The notes below the pieces were generated by a model that did not search any database, was not told the DNA's origin, and saw only the letters and a list, made by a program, of their open reading frames with translations. A DNA stretch of 64,000 bases from Candidatus Bathyarchaeota archaeon (GTDB lineage: Archaea > Thermoproteota > Bathyarchaeia > Bathyarchaeales > Bathycorpusculaceae): assembly GCA_963811105.1 (NCBI GenBank), contig CAWEPZ010000013.1, forward strand, positions 1-64,000. The letters run 5' to 3'. Position 1 is the first letter of the stretch; the number at the start of each line of letters is the position of its first letter. Below are positions 18,596 to 29,256 of the stretch, in pieces. The translations under genes and the position numbers were made by a program.

Positions 18596-20448
18596 TTAGC
18601 TCGTAAATGTTGGTTTTGAGGGAGTTGTCCCGCTTATCCAACTCCACCCAGAGAAACTATTTGAATTCAAATCCAGATTACTCTGCCAAAGCGTAACACC
18701 ATCCATGCCAACAACAATAACACAGAGTCTATCGCCAATCACAGTAGCAGCCGGACTTTCAAAAGTTGAGCCATCTGGAAGAGCTACCCATCCCTGCCAA
18801 GCTGAACCCAAATATCTGTTTATGTAGATGCTGTTATCTGAGCCTCTGACAACCAAACAGTAGCCATAACCATTCTGCCAAACAGCCAAAGTAGGCGAAG
18901 ACGTAACAGAACCAGGAATCCAACTCCAACCAGAAAACACACCCGAAACAACATCAACACTAGCCTGCCACAGCGAGTTCTGAGCAGATAAATCAGAAGC
19001 ACTATAGCCCCTCACAACTACAGTAAGCACATCACCCTCCATCACAGCAGCAACCTTATCACTAGTAGATCCACTGGCAAACACTCTCCAATCACCCCAC
19101 GACCGCGCCTGAACCGAATACACACAATAGTACACGCTATTATCAGCACCCCGCACAACCAACGCCACTGCATTACCATTAGAAGCCAAAGTAGGCGGAG
19201 AAGGAGTAGTTCCACTAATCCAAGACCAACCGCTAAATACGTTACTGTTTAAGTCAACATAGCCATGGTAGAGCGACTCGCCATCCATACCTCGAACCAC
19301 AATATGCAACTCATTCCCACAAACCACAGCAGCCGGACTATCCAAAGTTGAACCAGGCAAACCAACCCAACCGCCCCAAGTATCAGAAGCAAAATCATAA
19401 CTTCGATAATAAACAGTATTATCAGCACCCCGCACAACCAAATCCGCACTACCAGTCGAACCGGTGTTAATCGCAAACGTCGCACCAATAGACCCATCAG
19501 CAGAAACCGCACTAAACTGGTAACTTTGGCCAGCAGGAGTATTGACAGCTACCGGTAATCCATTAACCGTTATGCTTGCGATGTGGCAACCAACATGTGG
19601 AGTAATCGTGTAGGTTGGAGTAGCGCCATAGTTAACAAACCCTGTTCCAGGAGAAATCCCGCCGTTAGCACCCGCAGTCACAGTAATAGTATATGTGTTA
19701 ATCGCAAACGTCGCCGCAATTGTGTGTTCTGTTTGGACATTGACAAAAGTCCATGATGCCTGAGCACCCTTAGACACGCCATCAACAACCACATCAACAA
19801 TGTGATAACCGAGGTTAGCCGAGATCGTGAAGGTCTTATCAGTGCCATAGGTAACGCTGACAGATCCACTGGGGTTAATAGAGCCGCCAGATCCAGCAGA
19901 AGCAACAATCGTACCTGTAGTTTGTACTGTAAGAGCCATCGAAGTTTCCTTTGTGTTTCCACCCATGTCAGTGACTAAAGCGTAGATAGTGTAGGAGCCG
20001 TCAGCAAGACCAGATACGCCATATGTCCAGTGAGCCCAAGAATCAGAGGTTGCAGCATCCTGATAAGTACCAGTCGCGCCGACCTTGAACTGAACCTTCA
20101 AAACAGCAGCGCCATCAAAAGCTGTACCTGAAACAGTGAAACTGCCAGAGTGCAAAACCGCATTGCTAATCGGCGATGTTATAGCCACAGATGGATCGCT
20201 CTTGTCAAGCTTTATGTTTAAGAGAGTATGATGAACCTCAACATTTCCAGCTCTATCAACACTCCAGTACTCCAAAGAGTTAGATGCGCCTTCAACCGTT
20301 ATTATTGGCTGACCATTCGCGCTAAGAGTCATTGTGGTTCCGCCGTTGATCTTATAGTAAGTCTCAGAGACACCGCCAACATCAACCACAGTCAAAGTTA
20401 TTGTGAAGTCGCTAGTATGCCATAGACCATTATAATTATCACTTGTTG
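18596..20448. repeat. 1.85-kb block duplicated at 39463-41316 (shared C-terminus of the two surface proteins)
   Basis: Offset about 20867; near-identical from 18883/39750 onward, with visibly more synonymous divergence in the last ~290 bp. Confidence 0.97.
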
Positions 20449-22078
20449 ATGGAGCAGTTGTATCAACAACGTTAACAGTTCTTGTTACCTGAACCGCAGC
20501 GTTACCGTTAGAATCATGAACGTTGTAAGTCACCGTATAAGACCCAACAACAGCAGTATTAACCGAATTAACCACAACAATCGAACCAGTCAAAACACCA
20601 TCATAACCATCAAAGGCAGTTGCACCAGCATCAACATAAACAGACCCAACCTCAACAGTCACCGGAGAAGAACCAAGCATCGTAATAACTGGAATATCCG
20701 TATCAACAACGTTAACAGTTCTCGTCACTTGAACCGCATGGTTACCGTGAGCATCAACCGCATCATAAGTAACAGTGTAAGAGCCAACCACAGCAGTATT
20801 AACTGAACCACCAACAGTCACCGCGACAACGCCATCATAATTGTCAAGAGCCATAGCACCCGCATCAGTATAGACAGAGCCAACCTGAACCGACACCGGA
20901 CTACTACCCAACCGAGTAATAACCGGCGCAGTAGTATCAACAACATTAACAGTCCGCGTAACCTCAACCGCAGCATTATTACTGGAATCTTTAACGTTGT
21001 AAGTCACAGTATAAGATCCAACGACAGCAGTGTTAACAGAGTTAACCACAACAATCGACCCAGTCAAAACACCATCATAATTGTCAGTTGCAGAAGCACC
21101 AGCATCAGTGTAAACAGAGCCAACCTCAACCGTCACAGGAGAAGAACCAAGCATCGTAATAACTGGAGCAGTGGTATCAACAACGTGAACGATTCTGGTT
21201 ACTGGAGCAGCATGGTTACCATTTGAGTCAACCGCATCGTAAGTGAGAGTATAGTCACCAACAACAGCAGTGTTAACTGAACCAGTAACAGTCACTGCAA
21301 CACTCAAATCATAATTGTCAGTCGCAGAAGCACCAGCATCAGTATAGACGGACCCAACCTGGATAGTCACTGGAGTAGAACCACTCAAAGTAATAACTGG
21401 AACAGTAGTATCAACAACATTAACAATTCTCGTCACCTGAAGAGCATGATTACCATGAGCATCAACCGCATCATATTTGATAACGTACTGTCCAACAACA
21501 GCTGTGTTAACTGAACCAGACACCGTCACCGAAACAGCGGAATCATAATTATCAATCGCAGAAGCACCCGCATCAACATAAACAGACCCAACCTCAATCG
21601 TAAGAGGGGTAGACCCACTAAGAGTAATTACTGGAGCAGTTGTATCAACAACGTTAACAGTTCTTGTTACCTGAACCGCAGCGTTACCGTTAGAATCATG
21701 AACGTTGTAAGTCACCGTATAAGACCCAACAACAGCAGTGTTAACCGAATTAACCACAACAATCGAACCAGTCAAAACACCATCATAACCATCAAAGGCA
21801 GTTGCACCAGCATCAACATAAACAGACCCAACCTCAACAGTCACCGGAGAAGAACCAAGCATCGTAATAACTGGAATATCCGTATCAACAACGTTAACAG
21901 TTCTCGTCACTTGAACCGCATGGTTACCGTGAGCATCAACCGCATCATAAGTAACAGTGTAAGAGCCAACCACAGCAGTATTAACTGAACCACCAACAGT
22001 CACCGCGACAACGCCATCATAATTGTCAAGAGCCATAGCACCCGCATCAGTATAGACAGAGCCAACCTGAACCGACAC
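18596..22078 (-). CDS. Giant surface protein 1, C-terminal fragment: DUF5011-type Ig repeats, further Ig/InlB-B-like domains and a six-blade PLL-like propeller
   Basis: DTTAPVIT..G..P...VGS.Y.DAGA.A.DNYDG repeats; six VVRG.D...W.GW....G.T...P repeats; joined to the upstream ORF by a 1-nt deletion at about 22086. Confidence 0.88.
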   Translation of the reverse strand: MSVQVGSVYTDAGAMALDNYDGVVAVTVGGSVNTAVVGSYTVTYDAVDAHGNHAVQVTRTVNVVDTDIPVITMLGSSPVTVEVGSVYVDAGATAFDGYDGVLTGSIVVVNSVNTAVVGSYTVTYNVHDSNGNAAVQVTRTVNVVDTTAPVITLSGSTPLTIEVGSVYVDAGASAIDNYDSAVSVTVSGSVNTAVVGQYVIKYDAVDAHGNHALQVTRIVNVVDTTVPVITLSGSTPVTIQVGSVYTDAGASATDNYDLSVAVTVTGSVNTAVVGDYTLTYDAVDSNGNHAAPVTRIVHVVDTTAPVITMLGSSPVTVEVGSVYTDAGASATDNYDGVLTGSIVVVNSVNTAVVGSYTVTYNVKDSSNNAAVEVTRTVNVVDTTAPVITRLGSSPVSVQVGSVYTDAGAMALDNYDGVVAVTVGGSVNTAVVGSYTVTYDAVDAHGNHAVQVTRTVNVVDTDIPVITMLGSSPVTVEVGSVYVDAGATAFDGYDGVLTGSIVVVNSVNTAVVGSYTVTYNVHDSNGNAAVQVTRTVNVVDTTAPSTSDNYNGLWHTSDFTITLTVVDVGGVSETYYKINGGTTMTLSANGQPIITVEGASNSLEYWSVDRAGNVEVHHTLLNIKLDKSDPSVAITSPISNAVLHSGSFTVSGTAFDGAAVLKVQFKVGATGTYQDAATSDSWAHWTYGVSGLADGSYTIYALVTDMGGNTKETSMALTVQTTGTIVASAGSGGSINPSGSVSVTYGTDKTFTISANLGYHIVDVVVDGVSKGAQASWTFVNVQTEHTIAATFAINTYTITVTAGANGGISPGTGFVNYGATPTYTITPHVGCHIASITVNGLPVAVNTPAGQSYQFSAVSADGSIGATFAINTGSTGSADLVVRGADNTVYYRSYDFASDTWGGWVGLPGSTLDSPAAVVCGNELHIVVRGMDGESLYHGYVDLNSNVFSGWSWISGTTPSPPTLASNGNAVALVVRGADNSVYYCVYSVQARSWGDWRVFASGSTSDKVAAVMEGDVLTVVVRGYSASDLSAQNSLWQASVDVVSGVFSGWSWIPGSVTSSPTLAVWQNGYGYCLVVRGSDNSIYINRYLGSAWQGWVALPDGSTFESPAATVIGDRLCVIVVGMDGVTLWQSNLDLNSNSFSGWSWISGTTPSKPTFTS

Positions 22079-23712
22079 CGGACTACACCCAACCGAGTAA
22101 TAACCGGCGCAGTAGTATCAACAACATTAACAGTCCGCGTAACCTCAACCGCAGCATTATTACTGGAATCTTTAACGTTGTAAGTCACAGTGTAAGATCC
22201 AACAACAGCAGTGTTAACAGAGTTAACCACAACAATCGACCCAGTCAAAACACCATCATAATTGTCAGTTGCAGAAGCACCAGCGTCAGTGTAAACAGAG
22301 CCAACCTCAACCGTCACAGGAGAAGAACCAAGCATCGTAATAACTGGAGCAGTGGTATCAACAACATGAACGATTCTGGTTACTGGAGCAGCATGGTTAC
22401 CATTTGAGTCAACCGCATCGTAAGTGAGAGTATAGTCACCAACAACAGCAGTGTTAACTGAACCAGTAACAGTCACTGCAACACTCAAATCATAATTGTC
22501 AGTCGCAGAAGCACCAGCATCAGTATAGACGGACCCAACCTGGATAGTCACTGGAGTAGAACCACTCAAAGTAATAACTGGAACAGTAGTATCAACAACA
22601 TTAACAATTCTCGTCACCTGAAGAGCATGATTACCATGAGCATCAACCGCATCATATTTGATAACGTACTGTCCAACAACAGCTGTGTTAACTGAACCAG
22701 ACACCGTCACCGAAACAGCAGAATCATAATTATCAATCGCAGAAGCACCCGCATCAACATAAACAGACCCAACCTCAATCGTAAGAGGGGTAGACCCACT
22801 AAGAGTAATTACTGGAGCAGTTGTATCAACAACGTTAACAGTTCTTGTTACCTGAACCGCAGCGTTACCGTTAGAATCATGAACGTTGTAAGTCACCGTA
22901 TAAGACCCAACAACAGCAGTATTAACCGAATTAACCACAACAATCGAACCAGTCAAAACACCATCATAACCATCAAAGGCAGTTGCACCAGCATCAACAT
23001 AAACAGACCCAACCTCAACAGTCACCGGAGAAGAACCAAGCATCGTAATAACTGGAATATCCGTATCAACAACGTTAACAGTTCTCGTCACTTGAACCGC
23101 ATGGTTACCGTGAGCATCAACCGCATCATAAGTAACAGTGTAAGAGCCAACCACAGCAGTATTAACTGAACCACCAACAGTCACCGCGACAACGCCATCA
23201 TAATTGTCAAGAGCCATAGCACCCGCATCAGTATAGACAGAGCCAACCTGAACCGACACCGGACTACTACCCAACCGAGTAATAACCGGCGCAGTAGTAT
23301 CAACAACATTAACAGTCCGCGTAACCTCAACCGCAGCATTATTACTGGAATCTTTAACGTTGTAAGTCACAGTGTAAGATCCAACGACAGCAGTGTTAAC
23401 AGAGTTAACCACAACAATCGACCCAGTCAAAACACCATCATAATTGTCAGTTGCAGAAGCACCAGCGTCAGTGTAAACAGAGCCAACCTCAACCGTCACA
23501 GGAGAAGAACCAAGCATCGTAATAACTGGAGCAGTGGTATCAACAACGTGAACGATTCTGGTTACTGGAGCAGCATGGTTACCATTTGAGTCAACCGCAT
23601 CGTAAGTGAGAGTATAGTCACCAACAACAGCAGTGTTAACTGAACCAGTAACAGTCACTGCAACACTCAAATCATAATTGTCAGTCGCAGAAGCACCAGC
23701 ATCAGTATAGAC
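20451..23712. repeat. Near-perfect tandem repeat, 1182-bp unit (5 Ig domains), about 2.8 copies
   Basis: Units start at 20451, 21633 and 22814; identical antisense ORFs at 20516, 21698 and 22879. Confidence 0.97.
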
Positions 23713-26700
23713 AGATCCAACCTCAATCGTAAGCGGAGTAGACCCACCAAGAGTAATCACTGGAGCAGTTGTATCAACAACATTAACAGTCCGAGTTACC
23801 TGAACAGCAGCATTACCACTCGAATCATGAACATTGTAAGTCACCGTATAAGACCCAACGACAGCAGAGTTAACCGAGTTAACCACAACAATCGAGCCGG
23901 TAAGATCACCATCATAGATGTCAAAGGCCGTTGCACCCGCATCAACATAAACAGATCCAACCTCAACCGTCACTGGACTATTACCAAGCAAAGTAATAAT
24001 CGGGCCATTGGAGTCAACAACGTTAACAGTTCTTGTCACTTGAGCTGCATGGTTACCATGAGCATCAACCGCATCATAAGTAACAGAGTACGAGCCAACA
24101 ACAGCAGTATTAACTGAACCACCAACAGTCACCAAGAGAACACCATCATAATTATCAAGAGCAGCAGCACCCGCATCAGTATAGACAGAGCCAACCTGAA
24201 CCGACACCGGACTAACACCAAGCAACGTAATAATTGGAACAGTTGTATCAACCACATTAACAGTTCTTGTCACCTGAACCGCAGCATTACCACTCGAATC
24301 ATGAACATTATAAGTGACAGTGTAAGATCCAACGATAGCAGAGTTAACCGAGTTAACCGTAACAATCGAGCCAGTCAAAACACCATCATAATTATCAGCT
24401 GCAGTCGCACCAGCATCAACATACACTGAGCCAACCTCAACCGTAACCGGGGTAGACCCACCAAGAGTAATAACTGGAGCAGTAGTATCAACAACATGAA
24501 CGATTCTGGTTACTGGAGCAGCATGGTTACCGTTTGAGTCAACCGCATTGTAAGTGAGAGTATAGTCACCAACAACAGCTGTGTTAACAGAACCAGTAAC
24601 GGTCACTGTAACACTTGCGTCATAGTTGTCAGTTGCAGAAGCACCCGCATCAACATAAACAGAACCAACCTGGATAGTCACTGGAGTAGAGCCACTAAGA
24701 GTAATCACTGGAACAGTAGTATCAACAACATTAACAGTTCTTGTAACCTGAATTGCATGGTTACCGTGAGCATCAACCGCATCATATTTTATGACGTATT
24801 GTCCAACAACGGCTGTGTTAACAGAACCAGACACCGTCACCACAACAGCAGAATCGTAGTTGTCAGTTGCAGAAGCCCCAGCATCAGTATAGACAGATCC
24901 AACCTCAATCGTAAGCGGGGTAGATCCACTAAGAGTAATCACTGGAACAGTAGTATCGACAATATTAACAGTTCTTGTAACCTGAATTGCATGGTTACCT
25001 GTAGAATCAATCGCATCATAAGTGATAGTGTACTGGCCAACAACGGCAGTATTAACTGAACCACCAACAGTCACCGCGACAACGCCATCATAGTCATCGT
25101 AAGCAGTAGCCCCAGCATCAGTGTAAACAGATCCAACCTGGATAGTAACAGGGCTAACGCCTAACATTGTAATCACTGGAACATAAGGATCAACAACATT
25201 TACGGTGCGAGTAACCTCAACAGCAGCATTTCCACTGGAATCCTTCACATTATAGGTAACAATGTACGTTCCAATCCTAGCCGTATTAACCGGATTAACC
25301 ACAACAATCTGCGACGTCAAACTACCATCATAAACATCCCAAGCACCAGCGCCATCATCAACATAAGGTAAACCTACCGTAACAGCAACAGGGCTATTTC
25401 CCCAAAGAGTAATCACTGGAGCAACCGTATCAACAACATTAACCATGCGAATGACCTGAAGAGCAGCATTACCATGAGCATCAACAACATCATACGTAAC
25501 AATGTATGAGCCAACCCTAGCCATGTTAACTGATGAACTATCTATAACAATCAACGCTGAAATGTCGCCATCATAATTATCAGAAGCAGTAGCCCCAGCC
25601 TCAACATAGATAGAGCCAGCCTGAACAGCAACAGGATTAGCACCCTTAAGAGTAATCACAGGACGAGTAGTATCAACAACATTAACAGTACGCGTAACCT
25701 GAACAGCAGCATTATTACTGGAATCTTTAACGTTATAAGTCACAGTATAAACTCCAACCACAGCCATGTTAACCGGATTAACCACAACAATCGAGGAAGT
25801 CAAAACACCATCATAAACATCAAAAGCAGAAGCACCAGCATCCACATAAACACTGCCAACCTCAACCGTCACCGGACTAACACCCGTGAGAGTAATCACC
25901 GGAATAACGGTGTCAACAACGTTAACAGTACGCGTAACCTCAACCGCAGCATTACCACTCGAATCCTTCACATTATAAGTAACAACGTAAGATCCAACAA
26001 CAGCCGTGTTAACCGGATTAACCACAACAATCTGAGACGTCAAACTACCATCATAAACATCCCAAGCAGAAGCACCATCATCAACATAGCCATAGCCAAC
26101 CTCAACAGTAACAGGACTAAAACCCCAAATAGTAATCACCGGAACAACCGTATCAACAACATTAACAACGCGAGTAACCTGAAACGCAGCATTACCATGA
26201 GCATCAACCACATTATACGTAACAGAATAAGACCCAACCTTAGCCGCGTTAACTGACGAGCTATCTATAACAATCAACGCTGAAATGTCGCCATCATAAT
26301 TATCAGAAGCAGTCGCCCCAGCCTCAACATAGATAGAGCCAACTGGAACAGAAACAGGGTTAACTCCCTTAAGAGTAATCACTGGAACAGTAGTATCAAC
26401 AACCTCAACGAAACGCGAAACTTGAACAGCTTGATTCCCACTGGAATCCTGGACGTTGTAAGTCACAATATAAGATCCAACGATAGCTGTGTTAACCGAG
26501 CCGCCTACAACAATATGCGAGGTCAAATCACCATTATAGTTGTCAGTTGCAGTAGCACCAGCATCCACATAAACAGAGCCAACCTCAACCGTCACCGGAC
26601 TAACACCCAACCGAGCAATCACTGGAATAACAGTATCAAGAACGTTAACAGTTCTTGTAACCTCAACCGCAGCATTACCACTCGAATCCTTCACATTATA

Positions 26701-29256
26701 AGTAACAACGTAAGATCCAACAACAGCCGTGTTAACTGGGTTAACCACAACAATCTGAGACGTCAAACTACCATCATAAACATCCCAAGCAGAAGCACCT
26801 TCATCAAGATAAGAAGAACCAACCTCAACAGTAACAGGGTTATTTCCCCACATAGTAATCACCGGAACAACCGTATCAACAACATTAACAACGCGAGTAA
26901 CCTGAAACGCAGCATTACCATGAGCATCAACCACATTATACGTAACAGAATAAGACCCAACCTTAGCCGCGTTAACTGACGAGCTATCTATAACAATCAA
27001 CGCTGAAATGTCGCCATCATAATTATCAGAAGCAGTCGCCCCAGCCTCAACATAGATAGAGCCAACTGGAACAGAAACAGGGTTAACTCCCTTAAGAGTA
27101 ATCACTGGAACAGTAGTATCAACAACATTAACAGTACGCGTAACCTCAACCGCAGCATTATTACTGGAATCTTTAACATTGTAAGACACCGTATAAACTC
27201 CAACAACAGCCACATTAACCGGATTAACCGTAACAATCGACCCAGTCAAAACACCATCATAAACATCAAAAGCAGTAGCACCAGCATCAGTGTAAACAGA
27301 GCCAACCTCAACCGTAACCGGAGAAGAACCACTCAAAGTAATAACAGGCACAACAGTATCAACAACATTAACAGTACGCGTAACCTCAACCGCAGCATTA
27401 CCACTCGAATCCTTCACATTATAAGTAACAACGTAAGACCCAACCCTAGCTGAGTTAACCGGATTAACCACAACAATCTGCGACGTCAAACTACCATCAT
27501 AAACATCCCAAGCAGAAGCACCATCATCAACATAGCCATGGCCAACCTCAACAGTAACAGGGCTAACACCCCAAATAGTAATCACCGGAACAACCGTATC
27601 AACAACATTAACAGTTCTTGTAACTTCAACAGCAGCATTCCCATGAGCATCAACCACATTATACGTAACAATGTACTGACCAACCATACCAGTGTTAACT
27701 GAACCACCAACAGCCACCAAGAGAACACCATCATAATTGTCAAGAGCAGTAGCGCCAGCATCCACATAAACAGACCCATATTGAACCGTCACTGGACTAA
27801 CACCCAACATCGTAATAACCGGCTTAGTAGTATCAACAACATTAACAGTACGCGTAACCTCAACCGCAGCATTATTACTGGAATCTTTAACATTGTAAGA
27901 CACCGTATAAACTCCAACAACAGCCACATTAACCGGATTAACCGTAACAATCGACCCAGTCAAAACACCATCATAAACATCAAAAGCAGTAGCACCAGCA
28001 TCAGTGTAAACAGAGCCAACCTCAACCGTAACCGGAGAAGAACCACTCAAAGTAATAACAGGCACAACAGTATCAACAACATTAACAGTACGCGTAACCT
28101 CAACCGCAGCATTACCACTCGAATCCTTCACATTATAAGTAACAACGTAAGACCCAACCCTAGCTGAGTTAACCGGATTAACCACAACAATCTGCGACGT
28201 CAAACTACCATCATAAACATCCCAAGCAGAAGCACCATCATCAACATAGCCATGGCCAACCTCAACAGTAACAGGGCTAACACCCCAAATAGTAATCACC
28301 GGAACAACCGTATCAACAACATTAATTGTAACTGCGTTAGATACTTGAGAAGTAAACGGTACATCTGCGCTATCAGTTACTTTACAAGTAATCGAGTAAG
28401 ATCCAACTGTCGCACTACTAAAAGTGTAAGTGTTCGAGTCAGATCCATCCAGAGGGGAACCAGCCAAGTACCATTGGTAATGGATCACACCTGAACCACC
28501 ACTGACTGTAGCTGTAAATAGCTGAGATCCACCAAAGCTAAAAGTAACTGGGCCAATAGGCGCAATAGAAACCGAAAGAGCACCATTCACCGTAACAGAG
28601 GCCGCATTAGAGGGAACTGAAGTTGCACCTAAACTATCAGTAACAGTCACAGTAATCAGAGGAGTACCCGCAGAAGCAGGAGCATAATTAAACGTTGAAG
28701 CAGACTCGCTTTGAAGTACACCACTAACATACCATTGATAACTCACATAACTACCTGACCCACCGGCTGGAGTAGCAGTAAATAATTTAGATTGCCCAAC
28801 GTCCAAAATCGCTGAGGTAGGCGCTATGGTAACTGTTGGAGCAGCATTGACTGTGAAACTATTGCTTGTAGCAGTTTTGCCGCCTCCACTGGCTCCAAGG
28901 GTAACACCCGTTCCAGCTAAAGAGACTGTAACCATTGATGTAACCTGGCCGCCACTGGAAATAGTCAACGGAGAAGGACTAACTGATCCACCGTTAGACT
29001 CAGTTAAAGAGACAAAACCTGTCCAGTCAGTCTTCACATTATTGTAGGCGTCGTAACCCGTTACTGTTAAGCTAAAGGCAGTGCCAGCAGTCTGAGGACT
29101 ACTTACGCTGCTAAAACCAAAATGATCCAAAGCACCTGGATTCACATTAAAGCCATTCGCTAGTTCCAGATTTGCCACCAGCACTAGCTCCAAGCGTAAC
29201 ACCTGTACCAGTCTTAGAAACTGAAACCGCGCCAGTAACAGCACCGCCACTCGCAA
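22000..29256 (-). CDS. Giant surface protein 1, central fragment (Ig/PKD-like domains and 27 DUF5011-type repeats)
   Basis: Tandem 78-81 aa repeats; the true frame starts after an extra base at about 29158. Confidence 0.88.
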   Translation of the reverse strand: MRVAVLLLARFQFLRLVQVLRLELVLVANLELANGFNVNPGALDHFGFSSVSSPQTAGTAFSLTVTGYDAYNNVKTDWTGFVSLTESNGGSVSPSPLTISSGGQVTSMVTVSLAGTGVTLGASGGGKTATSNSFTVNAAPTVTIAPTSAILDVGQSKLFTATPAGGSGSYVSYQWYVSGVLQSESASTFNYAPASAGTPLITVTVTDSLGATSVPSNAASVTVNGALSVSIAPIGPVTFSFGGSQLFTATVSGGSGVIHYQWYLAGSPLDGSDSNTYTFSSATVGSYSITCKVTDSADVPFTSQVSNAVTINVVDTVVPVITIWGVSPVTVEVGHGYVDDGASAWDVYDGSLTSQIVVVNPVNSARVGSYVVTYNVKDSSGNAAVEVTRTVNVVDTVVPVITLSGSSPVTVEVGSVYTDAGATAFDVYDGVLTGSIVTVNPVNVAVVGVYTVSYNVKDSSNNAAVEVTRTVNVVDTTKPVITMLGVSPVTVQYGSVYVDAGATALDNYDGVLLVAVGGSVNTGMVGQYIVTYNVVDAHGNAAVEVTRTVNVVDTVVPVITIWGVSPVTVEVGHGYVDDGASAWDVYDGSLTSQIVVVNPVNSARVGSYVVTYNVKDSSGNAAVEVTRTVNVVDTVVPVITLSGSSPVTVEVGSVYTDAGATAFDVYDGVLTGSIVTVNPVNVAVVGVYTVSYNVKDSSNNAAVEVTRTVNVVDTTVPVITLKGVNPVSVPVGSIYVEAGATASDNYDGDISALIVIDSSSVNAAKVGSYSVTYNVVDAHGNAAFQVTRVVNVVDTVVPVITMWGNNPVTVEVGSSYLDEGASAWDVYDGSLTSQIVVVNPVNTAVVGSYVVTYNVKDSSGNAAVEVTRTVNVLDTVIPVIARLGVSPVTVEVGSVYVDAGATATDNYNGDLTSHIVVGGSVNTAIVGSYIVTYNVQDSSGNQAVQVSRFVEVVDTTVPVITLKGVNPVSVPVGSIYVEAGATASDNYDGDISALIVIDSSSVNAAKVGSYSVTYNVVDAHGNAAFQVTRVVNVVDTVVPVITIWGFSPVTVEVGYGYVDDGASAWDVYDGSLTSQIVVVNPVNTAVVGSYVVTYNVKDSSGNAAVEVTRTVNVVDTVIPVITLTGVSPVTVEVGSVYVDAGASAFDVYDGVLTSSIVVVNPVNMAVVGVYTVTYNVKDSSNNAAVQVTRTVNVVDTTRPVITLKGANPVAVQAGSIYVEAGATASDNYDGDISALIVIDSSSVNMARVGSYIVTYDVVDAHGNAALQVIRMVNVVDTVAPVITLWGNSPVAVTVGLPYVDDGAGAWDVYDGSLTSQIVVVNPVNTARIGTYIVTYNVKDSSGNAAVEVTRTVNVVDPYVPVITMLGVSPVTIQVGSVYTDAGATAYDDYDGVVAVTVGGSVNTAVVGQYTITYDAIDSTGNHAIQVTRTVNIVDTTVPVITLSGSTPLTIEVGSVYTDAGASATDNYDSAVVVTVSGSVNTAVVGQYVIKYDAVDAHGNHAIQVTRTVNVVDTTVPVITLSGSTPVTIQVGSVYVDAGASATDNYDASVTVTVTGSVNTAVVGDYTLTYNAVDSNGNHAAPVTRIVHVVDTTAPVITLGGSTPVTVEVGSVYVDAGATAADNYDGVLTGSIVTVNSVNSAIVGSYTVTYNVHDSSGNAAVQVTRTVNVVDTTVPIITLLGVSPVSVQVGSVYTDAGAAALDNYDGVLLVTVGGSVNTAVVGSYSVTYDAVDAHGNHAAQVTRTVNVVDSNGPIITLLGNSPVTVEVGSVYVDAGATAFDIYDGDLTGSIVVVNSVNSAVVGSYTVTYNVHDSSGNAAVQVTRTVNVVDTTAPVITLGGSTPLTIEVGSVYTDAGASATDNYDLSVAVTVTGSVNTAVVGDYTLTYDAVDSNGNHAAPVTRIVHVVDTTAPVITMLGSSPVTVEVGSVYTDAGASATDNYDGVLTGSIVVVNSVNTAVVGSYTVTYNVKDSSNNAAVEVTRTVNVVDTTAPVITRLGSSPVSVQVGSVYTDAGAMALDNYDGVVAVTVGGSVNTAVVGSYTVTYDAVDAHGNHAVQVTRTVNVVDTDIPVITMLGSSPVTVEVGSVYVDAGATAFDGYDGVLTGSIVVVNSVNTAVVGSYTVTYNVHDSNGNAAVQVTRTVNVVDTTAPVITLSGSTPLTIEVGSVYVDAGASAIDNYDSAVSVTVSGSVNTAVVGQYVIKYDAVDAHGNHALQVTRIVNVVDTTVPVITLSGSTPVTIQVGSVYTDAGASATDNYDLSVAVTVTGSVNTAVVGDYTLTYDAVDSNGNHAAPVTRIVHVVDTTAPVITMLGSSPVTVEVGSVYTDAGASATDNYDGVLTGSIVVVNSVNTAVVGSYTVTYNVKDSSNNAAVEVTRTVNVVDTTAPVITRLGVVRCRFRLALSILMRVLWLLTIMMALSR
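26129..27126. repeat. 275-bp block repeated at 723-bp spacing (26129-26403 and 26852-27126)
   Basis: Identical LKGVNPVSVPVGSIYVEAG...AFQVTRVVNVV domain at DNA level. Confidence 0.9.
27112..28325. repeat. 500-bp two-domain block repeated at 714-bp spacing (27112-27611 and 27826-28325)
   Basis: DNA appears identical between the two copies. Confidence 0.92.

Noticed and set aside
20451-28325. Regular ~237-bp periodicity considered as a CRISPR array or a DGR template/variable repeat
   Set aside because: The units are in-frame protein domains with no repeat-spacer structure; no cas or reverse-transcriptase gene; differences are not adenine-specific.
20516-28494. Repeated Asn/Arg/Ile-rich plus-strand ORFs (20516, 21698, 22879, 23827, 24757, 26422, 27781, 28252)
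   Set aside because: Antisense shadows of the Val/Gly-rich Ig repeats; their identity only reflects the tandem DNA repeats.
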